Shown: piece after piece, positions 46,647-56,053 of the stretch | How the letters are laid out: the number at the start of each line of letters is the position of its first letter | Position numbering within the stretch: the stretch's first letter is position 1 | Origin: a virus | Taxonomy: Duplodnaviria > Caudoviricetes | Length of the DNA stretch: 64,000 nucleotides | IMG/VR virus record: IMGVR_UViG_3300033070_000552 | Location: 24,799-88,798 of that record | Direction: 5' to 3' (one strand) | Notes under the pieces: generated by a model | The model's input: the letters and a program-made list of their open reading frames with translations, nothing else | Databases searched by the model: none | Told to the model about the DNA's origin: nothing | Position numbers and translations under genes: made by a program

Positions 46647-47345
46647 TCATAGTGAAATAAAGACGCCCCTGAGTGTTTCGAGCCCGCGTCTCCATACGTC
46701 GGCCCCGACGTTGACGAAGTTCGAGACAAGCGTCGTCCCCGCCCCGCCGGGGTAGTCGTCGAGTCGGTGCTTGTACTTGGCGAACGAGGGTTCGAGCTTG
46801 TAGTCGCCCGCCCCGATCTTCTCGCTGTCATGCACGACCACGAACATCGAGGTGTCGGCGATGCGAGCGAGGTCAATCGTGCGGCGCTCGCCGGGGGCGT
46901 GGTCGATCAGGGTGATGTCGGGGCGGGACATGCTGGAGTAGCCGTTCGCCCATGCCGTCCAGTTGACGTTGTACGTCACCTCGGGGTCCTTGCCGTGATA
47001 GCACATCGCCGAGAGAACCCCGTCGGCTGTGACTCGTGATTCCGCCTCGAAGAAGTACCGCGAGAAGTATGCTCGGTTGGAATCGGCACAAATCCGGTTG
47101 GCCTTGTGCCTCGCAACGTGCGCCGCGATGAACGGCGTCGAGCCCTCGCCCAACCCCATCTCGGTGATAAGCCTGAGCGGCGGCACGCCCCCGTTGGGAT
47201 CGGACTGGAACCACGCGAGGGCGAGGGCCATGAGCAGACGGTGCGAGCCGTAGCCGGTCGCCCCGGGGATCATGGCGAGGATTGTCGGGTCGTCGATGTC
47301 GCGACCAAAGAGAGAGACGGATTTGGGGAGGCCTGGGTGGGTCAT
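46647..47345 (-). CDS. class I SAM-dependent methyltransferase-like protein
   Basis: EMGLGEGST, TLIDHAPGERR, VVVHDSE; paralog of 51070..51660. Confidence 0.65.
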   Translation of the reverse strand: MTHPGLPKSVSLFGRDIDDPTILAMIPGATGYGSHRLLMALALAWFQSDPNGGVPPLRLITEMGLGEGSTPFIAAHVARHKANRICADSNRAYFSRYFFEAESRVTADGVLSAMCYHGKDPEVTYNVNWTAWANGYSSMSRPDITLIDHAPGERRTIDLARIADTSMFVVVHDSEKIGAGDYKLEPSFAKYKHRLDDYPGGAGTTLVSNFVNVGADVWRRGLETLRGVFISL

Positions 47346-47385
47346 GGGTCGTCCTAATTTCACGGTGAAATAACGGGGCGGATGT

Positions 47386-47718
47386 CTACTCGTTTGGGAT
47401 GGGGAGCCGGAACATCTCGGCGATGAACCGGCGGACCCCGAGATCGTTCGTCGGGTCAACGGTAACCTTAGACGTTTCTCCGGGCCGCGCAATCGCCACA
47501 ACCGCAGAGATCCATTGGATCGATTGTGCGGCTAGAGCCGGGCCAGCGATCCCGTTGATCACCACCGGGTCACGGCGAGCGGCGGCGTATCCGGCCATGA
47601 ACGCGCGGTGAGCAATCTTCCACTCGTACGACTTGTCGTCATGGGTGCCGACCTTGGTGTCGGCGTATCGCCTGGCCCGGGACGCGATCGAAAGGGGTTT
47701 CTTGGTGGTATTGGGCAT
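47386..47718 (-). CDS. hypothetical protein
   Basis: ATG 3 nt after CGGGAACGTCT. Confidence 0.55.
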   Translation of the reverse strand: MPNTTKKPLSIASRARRYADTKVGTHDDKSYEWKIAHRAFMAGYAAARRDPVVINGIAGPALAAQSIQWISAVVAIARPGETSKVTVDPTNDLGVRRFIAEMFRLPIPNE

Positions 47719-47965
47719 GCGAGACGTTCCCGTCGGTCGCCTTGGGGACTTTCTTCAGCAGTCGCACCCTCGGGTCTTTCACGAGCGACTCCAGCGTGTG
47801 CTGGGTGTCGTCGGTGCCGTCGTCCCACCTGATCACGATGTGGGTGAGGTCCATGTCGAGCCCGGCGTGGTGCTTAACCTCCTCGGAGACGATCGCGCCG
47901 CCGTAGGTCTTGCCGTCCTCGGTCCACTCGATCCTGCGACCGGCCTGGGTGTTCTTCGTCGTCAT
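47639..47965 (-). CDS. hypothetical protein
   Basis: SD GGAG; overlaps the next gene by 80 nt. Confidence 0.5.
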   Translation of the reverse strand: MTTKNTQAGRRIEWTEDGKTYGGAIVSEEVKHHAGLDMDLTHIVIRWDDGTDDTQHTLESLVKDPRVRLLKKVPKATDGNVSHAQYHQETPFDRVPGQAIRRHQGRHP

Positions 47966-47977
47966 CTGTGAGGCTCC

Positions 47978-48002
47978 AAAGGCCCGGGCGGAATTGCCCG
48001 GG
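47978..48002 (-). terminator. probable intrinsic terminator
   Basis: CCCGGGC-AATTCC-GCCCGGG then CCTTT. Confidence 0.55.
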
Positions 48003-48044
48003 GTGAATCGGCCCGCCCGACGGGAACGTCGGGCGGTCGCTGGG

Positions 48045-48410
48045 TCAGAGAGAAACCGTCTCGCGTACCTCCGTCCGGATGCGGTGGAACTCCTTGACCT
48101 TCTCGGGGGTCATCGCCGCCATGACCGACGCCCGATCCTTTGCGGCCTCCCAATCGACGAGCCCCTTGATCCGCTCGATCAGAAACCGGCATCCGACCTG
48201 ACGACCGAACTCGGCGATCTTGCACCCGCTCGCGATGTGGGTCACGACGTACGCGCCCATCACGACGCCGGGCGAGTGGTTCAACGCCTTGTGGTACGCG
48301 AGCCCGCCGAGGCAGAGGGCCGGGATGTTCTCGATCGGCTTGGCCTTGTCGGTGTAGATCGTGATCGTCCGCTTCGTGAACTTCGAGTGCTGGGTCTTGG
48401 TCGTCGTCAT
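48045..48410 (-). CDS. small early-type protein; paralog of 59994..60374
   Basis: GLAYH...VTH.ASG..I..F pattern shared; SD AAGGAG. Confidence 0.65.
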   Translation of the reverse strand: MTTTKTQHSKFTKRTITIYTDKAKPIENIPALCLGGLAYHKALNHSPGVVMGAYVVTHIASGCKIAEFGRQVGCRFLIERIKGLVDWEAAKDRASVMAAMTPEKVKEFHRIRTEVRETVSL

Positions 48411-48479
48411 CGTCGGACTCCTTGGGTGAAATCCTCCCGACCGGCCGCTAGGCCGATCGGTGGGTTGTGGTCTGTTGGA

Positions 48480-48848
48480 TCAATCCATATCCATGCCATC
48501 GGTCTCTTGCGCGACCCGAACCGCGACGCTGAAAGACCCGCAGCAGTTGTAGACCTCATATCCGATCATCCCGGTGCCGATCTCGTTGATCTCCGAGATC
48601 CGATCGCGGCTTTGGAACACGCAGTAGACCCCGGCGATGCCGCCGAAGTTGTTCTCGCAGGAGTACGTTGCCTTGGTGGCCGGGTGGAAGGCGGCGTTCG
48701 GGCAACTCTCGACCCCGTCGGTCATCCCGTCGAACTTTGAGGTCTGCCTCACGAGCAGCCCGTTGTCACGATACTTGGCGATGAACTTCTTGAGGTGGGC
48801 GATCGTCGGGCGGCGGGTCGTAGCGGTGGCGGGGGTCGCGGTCGTCAT
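48480..48848 (-). CDS. small early-type protein
   Basis: AAGGAGCCCAGCC-ATG. Confidence 0.65.
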   Translation of the reverse strand: MTTATPATATTRRPTIAHLKKFIAKYRDNGLLVRQTSKFDGMTDGVESCPNAAFHPATKATYSCENNFGGIAGVYCVFQSRDRISEINEIGTGMIGYEVYNCCGSFSVAVRVAQETDGMDMD

Positions 48849-48917
48849 GGCTGGGCTCCTTGAGGGGTGAAAGATTCGGGACAATCGATCGGGCCGGGTT
48901 TCCCCGACCCGGGCGGG

Positions 48918-49148
48918 TTAGAGGAAGAAGTCGACGTTGCGGGTCGACTCGGCGACGGCCTCGTTCAGCTCGTCGGCGTCCATGTCGGACTCGCGGATAT
49001 CGCGAAGGGTGTCGCGAAGCTCCTGGAGGACCCACTCCCGCTCGGAGGAGAACTTGCACCAGAGCACCTTGTCGATCAGGTTCTTGATCTCGTGGATCGC
49101 GTCGGCCTTGGTCGTGGTGGGGGAGGGGTTGGTCTCGTTGGTCGTCAT
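48918..49148 (-). CDS. small acidic early-type protein
   Basis: CAGGAGCCCACCC-ATG directly after the promoter module. Confidence 0.65.
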   Translation of the reverse strand: MTTNETNPSPTTTKADAIHEIKNLIDKVLWCKFSSEREWVLQELRDTLRDIRESDMDADELNEAVAESTRNVDFFL

Positions 49149-49153
49149 GGGTG

Positions 49154-49195
49154 GGCTCCTGTACCGATATGATACAGTCTATCGGCGGGAAGTCC
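49154..49195 (-). promoter_or_regulatory. sigma70-like promoter overlapped by CCGATA-N10-TATCGG inverted repeat (copy A)
   Basis: TGGACT-N16-TATCAT; 24-bp core identical to the copy at 61430. Confidence 0.7.
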
Positions 49196-49260
49196 AGCCG
49201 ATATCCCTGCGATATCGACAATTTCTTTCGACCCCCATCTGGTAGGGATCGGGTAGGTAT

Positions 49261-49292
49261 AAAGAGGGCCGACCCCCGAGGGACCGGCCCCT
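49261..49292 (-). terminator. intrinsic terminator ending the glycosyltransferase block
   Basis: GGGCCGGTCCC-TCG-GGGGTCGGCCC then TCTTT. Confidence 0.6.
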
Positions 49293-49341
49293 AGACCCGC
49301 CAGAATGCCCGTTCCTTAGCCCACGATCCCCCGTGGCGCGT

Positions 49342-51048
49342 TCAGCCCATCCCGGCGGCGAACCGGGCCCGGAAGCCCTCGAAGCCGTCCCCGAGCCCGG
49401 GCTCGAATTGTTCGAGGCAGTACCGGACCCGCTGCCATGCCTCGCCCCCGCACCCGGGCCGGGGGGCGTGGCAATCGACGATCGGGTGGGGCGTGGAGAG
49501 AATGGGCCGGACTGATTCTGCCCAGCACCCGCGATCGATGCGGTCGCGTGGAGGTCCGCCCGGGGCCCGGTCGATCAGCCGGAGCGGCCAATCAGAACCG
49601 CTCGCCCGCTCGGCGATCTTCTTGGAGACAAAGATTTCGTCGAACTCCCACGCGATGCCATCACTGGCCGCGCGTTCGAGGTTGCCGTTGAGCCAGCCCG
49701 AGACCGCCGCCGATGGGTTGGGATAGGTGCCGAGCAACTGCTCCCACTTCACGCGCGTCATCCCGATATAGCAGATCGGCCAATGGGGGCGGCCCTCGTT
49801 GCCGTAGGCGTTCGCGTACAGAATGTTCATCGCCCCGAGATCGGGCTTGTCGAAGAACGTCCGCGAGAGCGGGAGCATGTCGACGTCGGCCGTGAGGATG
49901 TAGTCGTCGTCCTTGAGCCCCGGGGTCGCGCCACCCGCGAGCCGAGCCGTCTGCACAACCGTCGAGTCGCGGTAGCCGTCGACGCGATCGATGAAGTGGA
50001 TCATCGCGCCCTGGGCACGGGCCTCGGCCAAAGCGACCGATCCAAACGGGTGGGCCTTCCACTCTTGCGAGGTCCCCAGCAGATACGCGATCGGACGATA
50101 CCCAAGCCGCATCCAAAGGGCCGAGACGATCGGGAGGTAGAACGCATAGTCGTGGTTGAGGTTCGAGGCGATCGTGACGTAGCGGGCCGGGGGCGGGTTG
50201 CCGTACGCCTGCCCGTCGAGCTGGAGCGACTTCTCGGCGGCGATGATCCTGGCGTATGCGGGTGGAGCGTCTTTGGGAATCGAATCGTTGTAGACGCCCA
50301 CGGCCCCGCACCGATCGAAGCACCCGCCGATGTGCGAGCCCGCCTTGTCGAGCGGGTGGGATTTCTCGGGGATCGCGGCGGCCTGGCGGTAGGCCGACTG
50401 CGTGAGCTTCATGGGGTTGAACGAACAGAACGTCGACGACGAGAGTCGGGGCGCGAACATGGAGTTGAGCACCCGCTGGTCGGCCCCGTGCGAGTTGAGA
50501 TCGAAGCCCGCTGAGTTCGCGTAGGCGATTGCCTCGGCGTAGGGGTTTGCACCGATCACCTCGCGGAGATGCCGACCGACGAACCCCATCATCCCGCCCA
50601 TGTATCCCGAGTGCGAGATCGAGTCGTGGATCGCATGGACGGGCAGCCCCGACGCGATCCACTGATCGACGGCGGCGGCCTCGCGGGGCGTCGGCATCGA
50701 GTCGATATCGCGGCACAAAAACCGATCGACGCTCGGATCGCTCGCGGGCTTGATCCGCCAGAGCATCGATCCGCAAAGGGTCTCGGCGGGGTTGGCGTCG
50801 ACCAGATCGATCTCGCCTTTGGCGGCGAGGGCGAGGAGCACGTCGCCGTAGTAGGTGTTATAGATCGAGTCGTCGTGATAGATCCGCACCCGCCACTCGG
50901 GGAAGCACACGGCGTACCCACGGAGAATCGCGGGCAGGCAGTTGGTGAAGAACCGGCCCCGGCCCTCGCCCGCGTTAGGGTGCTCGTACTGCGACGACGA
51001 GTGGCGAAAGAGGGCGAGCGAGATCACGTTGCGGGGGGTGCCGGTCAT
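49342..51048 (-). CDS. two-domain glycosyltransferase-like protein
   Basis: N-domain VISLALF...MLWR...FLCRDIDS...HAIHDS.SH..YMGGM; C-domain DYAFYLP...YILTADVDMLPL (DXD). Confidence 0.65.
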   Translation of the reverse strand: MTGTPRNVISLALFRHSSSQYEHPNAGEGRGRFFTNCLPAILRGYAVCFPEWRVRIYHDDSIYNTYYGDVLLALAAKGEIDLVDANPAETLCGSMLWRIKPASDPSVDRFLCRDIDSMPTPREAAAVDQWIASGLPVHAIHDSISHSGYMGGMMGFVGRHLREVIGANPYAEAIAYANSAGFDLNSHGADQRVLNSMFAPRLSSSTFCSFNPMKLTQSAYRQAAAIPEKSHPLDKAGSHIGGCFDRCGAVGVYNDSIPKDAPPAYARIIAAEKSLQLDGQAYGNPPPARYVTIASNLNHDYAFYLPIVSALWMRLGYRPIAYLLGTSQEWKAHPFGSVALAEARAQGAMIHFIDRVDGYRDSTVVQTARLAGGATPGLKDDDYILTADVDMLPLSRTFFDKPDLGAMNILYANAYGNEGRPHWPICYIGMTRVKWEQLLGTYPNPSAAVSGWLNGNLERAASDGIAWEFDEIFVSKKIAERASGSDWPLRLIDRAPGGPPRDRIDRGCWAESVRPILSTPHPIVDCHAPRPGCGGEAWQRVRYCLEQFEPGLGDGFEGFRARFAAGMG

Positions 51049-51069
51049 TTGGTTTATTTCCTGGTGAAA

Positions 51070-51660
51070 TTAGACGGGGAGCGGAATTGGCGGGAGTTCC
51101 CACTTGGACACGTCGATGATATCCGAGACGGCCGTCGTCACCGCCCCGGTGTTGGGGTCGTCGATCCGATATCGAAACCGCGAGAGCGGGCCGTCCATCA
51201 TGTACCCCGACCCCTCGGTATCGTGGGCGATAATGATCGGGACGTTGCTCCAATGGAGCTGGTCGATCACCGGGCCGCGAGCCTCGGCGGGGGACAGATC
51301 GACGAACGCGATCAGGGGCGGTCGCATCTTGAGAATCGCGTCAATCTCGGAGTGCCAGCTTGTCGCCTTTGGGTTGAACGCCTCGCACCAGTGGTTCGGG
51401 TTTGGCTTACAGACGGCGAGCACTTCGAGCGCCCACCTTGAGTTGTCGTCAAGCGACTGGAGGTCGATGTTGTGCGATCGGCATAGACGCGAGAGGTACT
51501 GGGTTGATCCCGGACCCATGCCGAGTTCCAAAACGGAGTGGCGATCGAAGAACTCGAACGAGTTGCCTGCAATACCCCACTCGATCGCCGTGAGCAGGAG
51601 CCGCCGGTGCGACGATCCCTGGTTCATGCCGACGAGGAATCCGAATGGGTCCTTGATCAC
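51070..51660 (-). CDS. class I SAM-dependent methyltransferase-like protein
   Basis: VLELGMGPGST, AFVDLSPAEAR, IIAHDTE; GTGA coupling. Confidence 0.7.
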   Translation of the reverse strand: MIKDPFGFLVGMNQGSSHRRLLLTAIEWGIAGNSFEFFDRHSVLELGMGPGSTQYLSRLCRSHNIDLQSLDDNSRWALEVLAVCKPNPNHWCEAFNPKATSWHSEIDAILKMRPPLIAFVDLSPAEARGPVIDQLHWSNVPIIIAHDTEGSGYMMDGPLSRFRYRIDDPNTGAVTTAVSDIIDVSKWELPPIPLPV

Positions 51661-52775
51661 ATCGCCCCCCGAACGACTGCCCGGCGTGCGGCGATCGCAT
51701 CGGCGGAGTCCTGGAGCGTGAACGCGGGAATCCATCCGGTCTCCATGTAGAACCAAGCAAAACTTCCGTCCGAGTAGGCCACGTCCCCGGGCTGGTGGGG
51801 GGCGTCGACGAACCGAACTGGAACGTTGGCCGCGTTCACGAAGTCGACGATCGGGTTCGGGTTTGCGGCGCAGATATTGAACACGCGGGGGTTGCAGTTG
51901 TACTTATCACCGTGCGCGGGCTTGTCGGTGGTATACGCGAAAGTCGCCGCATGCATCATCGCGGCGGAAACGTCCCGCACGTCGATGAAATTTCGCCACG
52001 TCAAACCGTCCCTGGTATCCCGGGCCCTTGACGAAAGGACGACCTGCTCCTGGCGGATCATGTTGTAGCTCAGGCCGCCCGACGGATCGGCGGTGATGAT
52101 GTCCCCGACCCGATCGCTCGCCCCGACCACGTTCGAGAACCGAAGCACCACGTATTTGGAAAACTCCCGGCCCGATGCGAGAGCCCGGATCGCACACTCG
52201 GCGTCCCGCTTGGATCTTCCGTACCCCGTGACCGGACGAATAAAATGATCGCGTCGCTCGTCTGGTGTCTCGCCAAACGGCACGTCGCCGTAGACCGCGA
52301 AGCTCGACGCGAACACCAAAGTCGTATCGATGAGGACCTTGGGGTCGTCGTTGATATCGCTGAGTACATCGGTCACGAGGATCGGGGCGTAGGCGTTGAT
52401 CCGGTACTGGTCCGGGGAAAGGTCGCCGTTTGATACGCACGCCGCGAGAAGGAACACCGCGACTTTTTCCATGCGCGTATCGAAGCGTCCGCCGTTTGCA
52501 ATAGCCGCAGCGTGGGCCGCGAGATGAACGGCCCTGCGAACCGCCTTTCGATCGAGCACGGAACCCTCGACCATATCGAGTTTACCCGATATCGCACCGA
52601 GCCCGCCGGGGCTATTCCTTGAGCAATCGTCGAGAATGACGACCGGAACCCCACGGGCTCGAAGATCGGCGACAAGACGCGACCCGATAAACCCGTACCC
52701 GCCGATGACGACGGCGGCGGTGAACGGGAACGACTTTGGGAAGAACGCGGCGGGCGGTGTGGTGGTTTGGGTCAT
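51657..52775 (-). CDS. NAD-dependent nucleotide-sugar epimerase/dehydratase (extended SDR, GalE-like)
   Basis: IGGYGFIG, FASSFAVYG, YGRSK (YxxxK), LRFSNVVG, RNFIDVRDV. Confidence 0.9.
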   Translation of the reverse strand: MTQTTTPPAAFFPKSFPFTAAVVIGGYGFIGSRLVADLRARGVPVVILDDCSRNSPGGLGAISGKLDMVEGSVLDRKAVRRAVHLAAHAAAIANGGRFDTRMEKVAVFLLAACVSNGDLSPDQYRINAYAPILVTDVLSDINDDPKVLIDTTLVFASSFAVYGDVPFGETPDERRDHFIRPVTGYGRSKRDAECAIRALASGREFSKYVVLRFSNVVGASDRVGDIITADPSGGLSYNMIRQEQVVLSSRARDTRDGLTWRNFIDVRDVSAAMMHAATFAYTTDKPAHGDKYNCNPRVFNICAANPNPIVDFVNAANVPVRFVDAPHQPGDVAYSDGSFAWFYMETGWIPAFTLQDSADAIAARRAVVRGAM

Positions 52776-52805
52776 GCGAGACGTTCCCGTACGTTTGCGA
52801 GCCGA

Positions 52806-53456
52806 TCACCACTCGCGGGCGATGTAAAGGCAATCGACGTACGAGGGCTGACCGCCCCACGGCGGGATCTCGCGGCGGTGCTTGACGATCTCGTAGTTGC
52901 GGGAGAGGAGTTTGGCGATCTGATCGAACCACATCGGACCACCCGGCGGCATCTTCCCGCAATGGTCGTGGTACTCGACGGTGATCTGGCGGGCGAGAGG
53001 TTTCTCGGCGCGAGCGATGTCCTCGATGATCCCATACTCGGAGCCCTCGCAGTCGAGTTTGAGGAGGTCGACGCGGGGCGGACGGGCAACCCCATCGAGA
53101 AACCTCCCGATCGTTGTCGCGGGGGCGTGGGGCATCGCGATTTTCCATTTGCCGACACACGTCGCGGCGGGGTCGCTCGAATGGTGAACGCCGACGAGTT
53201 TCAAGTCGCCGAGGTCGTCGTACTCGGCCGTACCGAGCATCGCAAGATGGTGAAAACTCCTGGCCCAAGACACGACCGCATCGCCGTAGGTCGCCACCCC
53301 GCCGTCGATGTCGAGCGAGTGAACCTTGACGCCGAACGGCACGAGCTGGCGGGCGATGCTGAACCCCCGACACCCCACGTCGATCGCAACGGGGCTCTTG
53401 GCCGAGATCAGGAGGTCGAGATCGAACGAGTGCTCGGAGTGTTGGGCGACGGCCAT
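52806..53456 (-). CDS. FkbM-family methyltransferase
   Basis: AIDVG..., VDLLKLDCEGSEY, QITVEYH. Confidence 0.85.
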   Translation of the reverse strand: MAVAQHSEHSFDLDLLISAKSPVAIDVGCRGFSIARQLVPFGVKVHSLDIDGGVATYGDAVVSWARSFHHLAMLGTAEYDDLGDLKLVGVHHSSDPAATCVGKWKIAMPHAPATTIGRFLDGVARPPRVDLLKLDCEGSEYGIIEDIARAEKPLARQITVEYHDHCGKMPPGGPMWFDQIAKLLSRNYEIVKHRREIPPWGGQPSYVDCLYIAREW

Positions 53457-53460
53457 AGGT

Positions 53461-54192
53461 TCACATTCCCTGGGAGACAAAGTACGAGTTTGGAAGCGAC
53501 GCCCAATCCGGGTGATAGCCGTTGTAGTGCTCGCCGACCTTGTGGACCGGAAGCCCCATGCGGTGGGCGATGAACGACGCACACGCCTCGTCGTGCGAGT
53601 GGCCAAGAACCCTCGGGTCGGCGGACACGAACCCCTCGGACCTTCCGCGATATCCGCCCGCGTACATCCGCTCCCGGTTGATCGTGTTGATCGTGAAACT
53701 CTTGAACATCCCCGCCTCATACCACGCCCACCACTGATCGAAAAACTCTCTGGTTCTTGGGTGGGTGAAGTCGAGCCCGTAGAGCGAACCCCCGAGCATG
53801 GGAACCCCGGCGGCCTGATCACGGGTGAGCCCGGCGTAGGCGAGACACTCGTCGCTGCTATGCGCGTCCATGAGTGCCGTGCCGGTCATGAGGTACACAC
53901 CGTCGCGTTCGAGCATCTCGTAGAACGGATCGATGGGCTTCAAAGCCCACACCCGGGAATCGACCCAGACGATCGAGGTGCATCCCTGGCGAATCGCCTC
54001 GCGGATCACAAAGAGCTTGAATGCGTACGGCTGCTCCTCGTGGGTCGGACACCCCGGAAGATAGTCCTTGAAGAAAACCCGGCGGCCCTTGAACCCGATC
54101 GCGTCGAGCGATCTCCCGAGGCGGTCCTGCCCGGTACCAAAGCCGCCGTAGGCGTGGTTCACGATCGCACGATGGGAGTGGTCGGTGGTCAT
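53461..54192 (-). CDS. glycosyltransferase-like protein
   Basis: PYAFKLFVIREA...IVWVDS, HSHDEAC. Confidence 0.55.
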   Translation of the reverse strand: MTTDHSHRAIVNHAYGGFGTGQDRLGRSLDAIGFKGRRVFFKDYLPGCPTHEEQPYAFKLFVIREAIRQGCTSIVWVDSRVWALKPIDPFYEMLERDGVYLMTGTALMDAHSSDECLAYAGLTRDQAAGVPMLGGSLYGLDFTHPRTREFFDQWWAWYEAGMFKSFTINTINRERMYAGGYRGRSEGFVSADPRVLGHSHDEACASFIAHRMGLPVHKVGEHYNGYHPDWASLPNSYFVSQGM

Positions 54193-54234
54193 GGGTTTAT
54201 TTCACCGTGAAATATCGCGGACGGATAGCCGATC

Positions 54235-54435
54235 TCAAATCGGCAGAACGACCGGCGACGTACCGGCCTTCTTCGAGGCCAACTCTACGCACTCGCGGGA
54301 GCACGCATCCTGGATCTTGCGGGGCGGGTCGAAGTCCTGGCGTTGGAACCACGAGCGGGGCTTGATCCATCCGTCGTGGCCCCTGTCGGCCGGGGCTCGC
54401 TTGCCGCACCCGTCGCAAATGAACTCAGCAGCCAT
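54235..54435 (-). CDS. small Zn-finger protein
   Basis: ICDGCG...ACSRECV; SD AGGAG. Confidence 0.6.
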   Translation of the reverse strand: MAAEFICDGCGKRAPADRGHDGWIKPRSWFQRQDFDPPRKIQDACSRECVELASKKAGTSPVVLPI

Positions 54436-54596
54436 CGTCGCTACTCCTGGTTGACCGGCCCGCGAGACCAACACCGCTGAAACGAAACGAACCCGAGGTT
54501 CAGTGTCCACATCGAGTTGAGCCGATCGCCAATCCCGACCCATCGTCCGAAGTCCCAATGAAATCCAAGCCATTTGTGAAACCAGATTCGCATGGT

Positions 54597-55061
54597 CTAC
54601 TCCTTGAACGTGTACTTGAGATAGATCGGCGACCACCTCGCGGCGTGCGGGATGCGCCGGGGCTTGTACATACGAAAACCGCAGTCGATCAGATTGTTGG
54701 TCGAGGCGACGTTGTGGCGCATCGTGAAGGTCACGATCTCCTTCGCCCCGACCTGGCCGGCGACAACCTTGCGATGCTCGATCATCCTGTCGTGAATCCC
54801 GAGCCCGCGATGGGTCTTGAGGACAAACCCTCGGGTGAACATCATGGTCTTGCGGCTGACCCTTCGCATCGCCGCGTACCCGACCGGGATGCCGCCGTCC
54901 ATCGCGACGAACCAGTACCCGCGATCGAGGCTTTGGGGATCGCGTTGGAAGTCGTTGGCCCTGGCCCGCTCCTGGGATTCGACAAACGATCGGATCTTCG
55001 GGGTCCACTGATTCCGGCCGAGCATTCGAGCGACGCAGAGATGGGTCCAGCTTTTGGTCAT
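54597..55061 (-). CDS. GNAT-family acetyltransferase
   Basis: PVGYA, FVLKTHRGLGI, HNVASTNNLIDCGF. Confidence 0.85.
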   Translation of the reverse strand: MTKSWTHLCVARMLGRNQWTPKIRSFVESQERARANDFQRDPQSLDRGYWFVAMDGGIPVGYAAMRRVSRKTMMFTRGFVLKTHRGLGIHDRMIEHRKVVAGQVGAKEIVTFTMRHNVASTNNLIDCGFRMYKPRRIPHAARWSPIYLKYTFKE

Positions 55062-55064
55062 GGC

Positions 55065-56039
55065 TCAGAACGTTCCCGCCCACGCGGGCATCGTCTCGGG
55101 TGTGCAGATCGCCTTCCACGCCCACTCGTGGAGGTCGAGCCCGGCGATCACCTTGGGATCGACCCTGCCGATGAGCTTCGCCACCGCGTAGGCTTGCCAA
55201 GCGACCTCCGCGAGATCGACGAGCTTCCGACCATCGCCGAACGGATATTTCCACGCGGAGTCGGGAATCTTCTCGTAGTGCTCGCCCTGATCGCGGAGCG
55301 TCCAATCGTACTTGTGGTTGAGCGGTCCGGGCTGCGACTCGTCGCGGTCGGGGAACTTCATACGTTCGACGATCTTGTAGTACGCCGCCTTGGCCCCGAG
55401 CCGCTGGAGCGATGCGTACTGGAGGTGGAAGACCCCCGAGAGCGACGACCGGGTTTCAAGGTTGGTTCGCTGGGCGATCCCCTTGGGCGGGCGGTTGTGG
55501 TAGCAGTACCCGTCGGCGGCGTTCTGCCACGAGAGAGAGGGGTCGTCGCCAAAGGCGAGCGTGATCCGGGCCGACGCGAACACCCCATCGGTGCGGGCGA
55601 AGTCGAGGCACGTCCCGCCCTTCGATGCACCGTGATGCGGCGAGACCATCGGGACTTCGAGTGTCTCGCACGGCTTGAGCTTGAGAACTGTTCCGAGAAT
55701 ATCGGCGATGAGGTCGGCGGTCACGGCCTCGTCGGCGTCGACGATCGCGATATGGGTGGCGTTGAGTTCGCGGGCGCGGGCGAGAAGCCGTTGCCGCATG
55801 TTCATCTCGTCCCATGTCTCGTCGGTAAGAGCGAGCACGTCGATCCTACTGGAGATCGTTGGGTCGGATTCGAGCAACCTGGCGATGATCTTCCACGTCG
55901 GGTCGAGAGCTTTGCCCCCGGGCTCGTGGAGGCCGATCACGATCTCGTCGCACCATTCAAGGGCGGCGTGAATAGCAAGCTCGATGGACCATTGGTCGAG
56001 GCGGGCGAGAAGGGTGGCGACGATTTTGGGTGATGGCAT
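55065..56039 (-). CDS. glycosyltransferase family 2-like protein
   Basis: WCDEIVIG, WDEMNMRQRLL, IAIVDADE, VFHLQY. Confidence 0.75.
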   Translation of the reverse strand: MPSPKIVATLLARLDQWSIELAIHAALEWCDEIVIGLHEPGGKALDPTWKIIARLLESDPTISSRIDVLALTDETWDEMNMRQRLLARARELNATHIAIVDADEAVTADLIADILGTVLKLKPCETLEVPMVSPHHGASKGGTCLDFARTDGVFASARITLAFGDDPSLSWQNAADGYCYHNRPPKGIAQRTNLETRSSLSGVFHLQYASLQRLGAKAAYYKIVERMKFPDRDESQPGPLNHKYDWTLRDQGEHYEKIPDSAWKYPFGDGRKLVDLAEVAWQAYAVAKLIGRVDPKVIAGLDLHEWAWKAICTPETMPAWAGTF

Positions 56040-56053
56040 GGGGGTCTCGTTGA

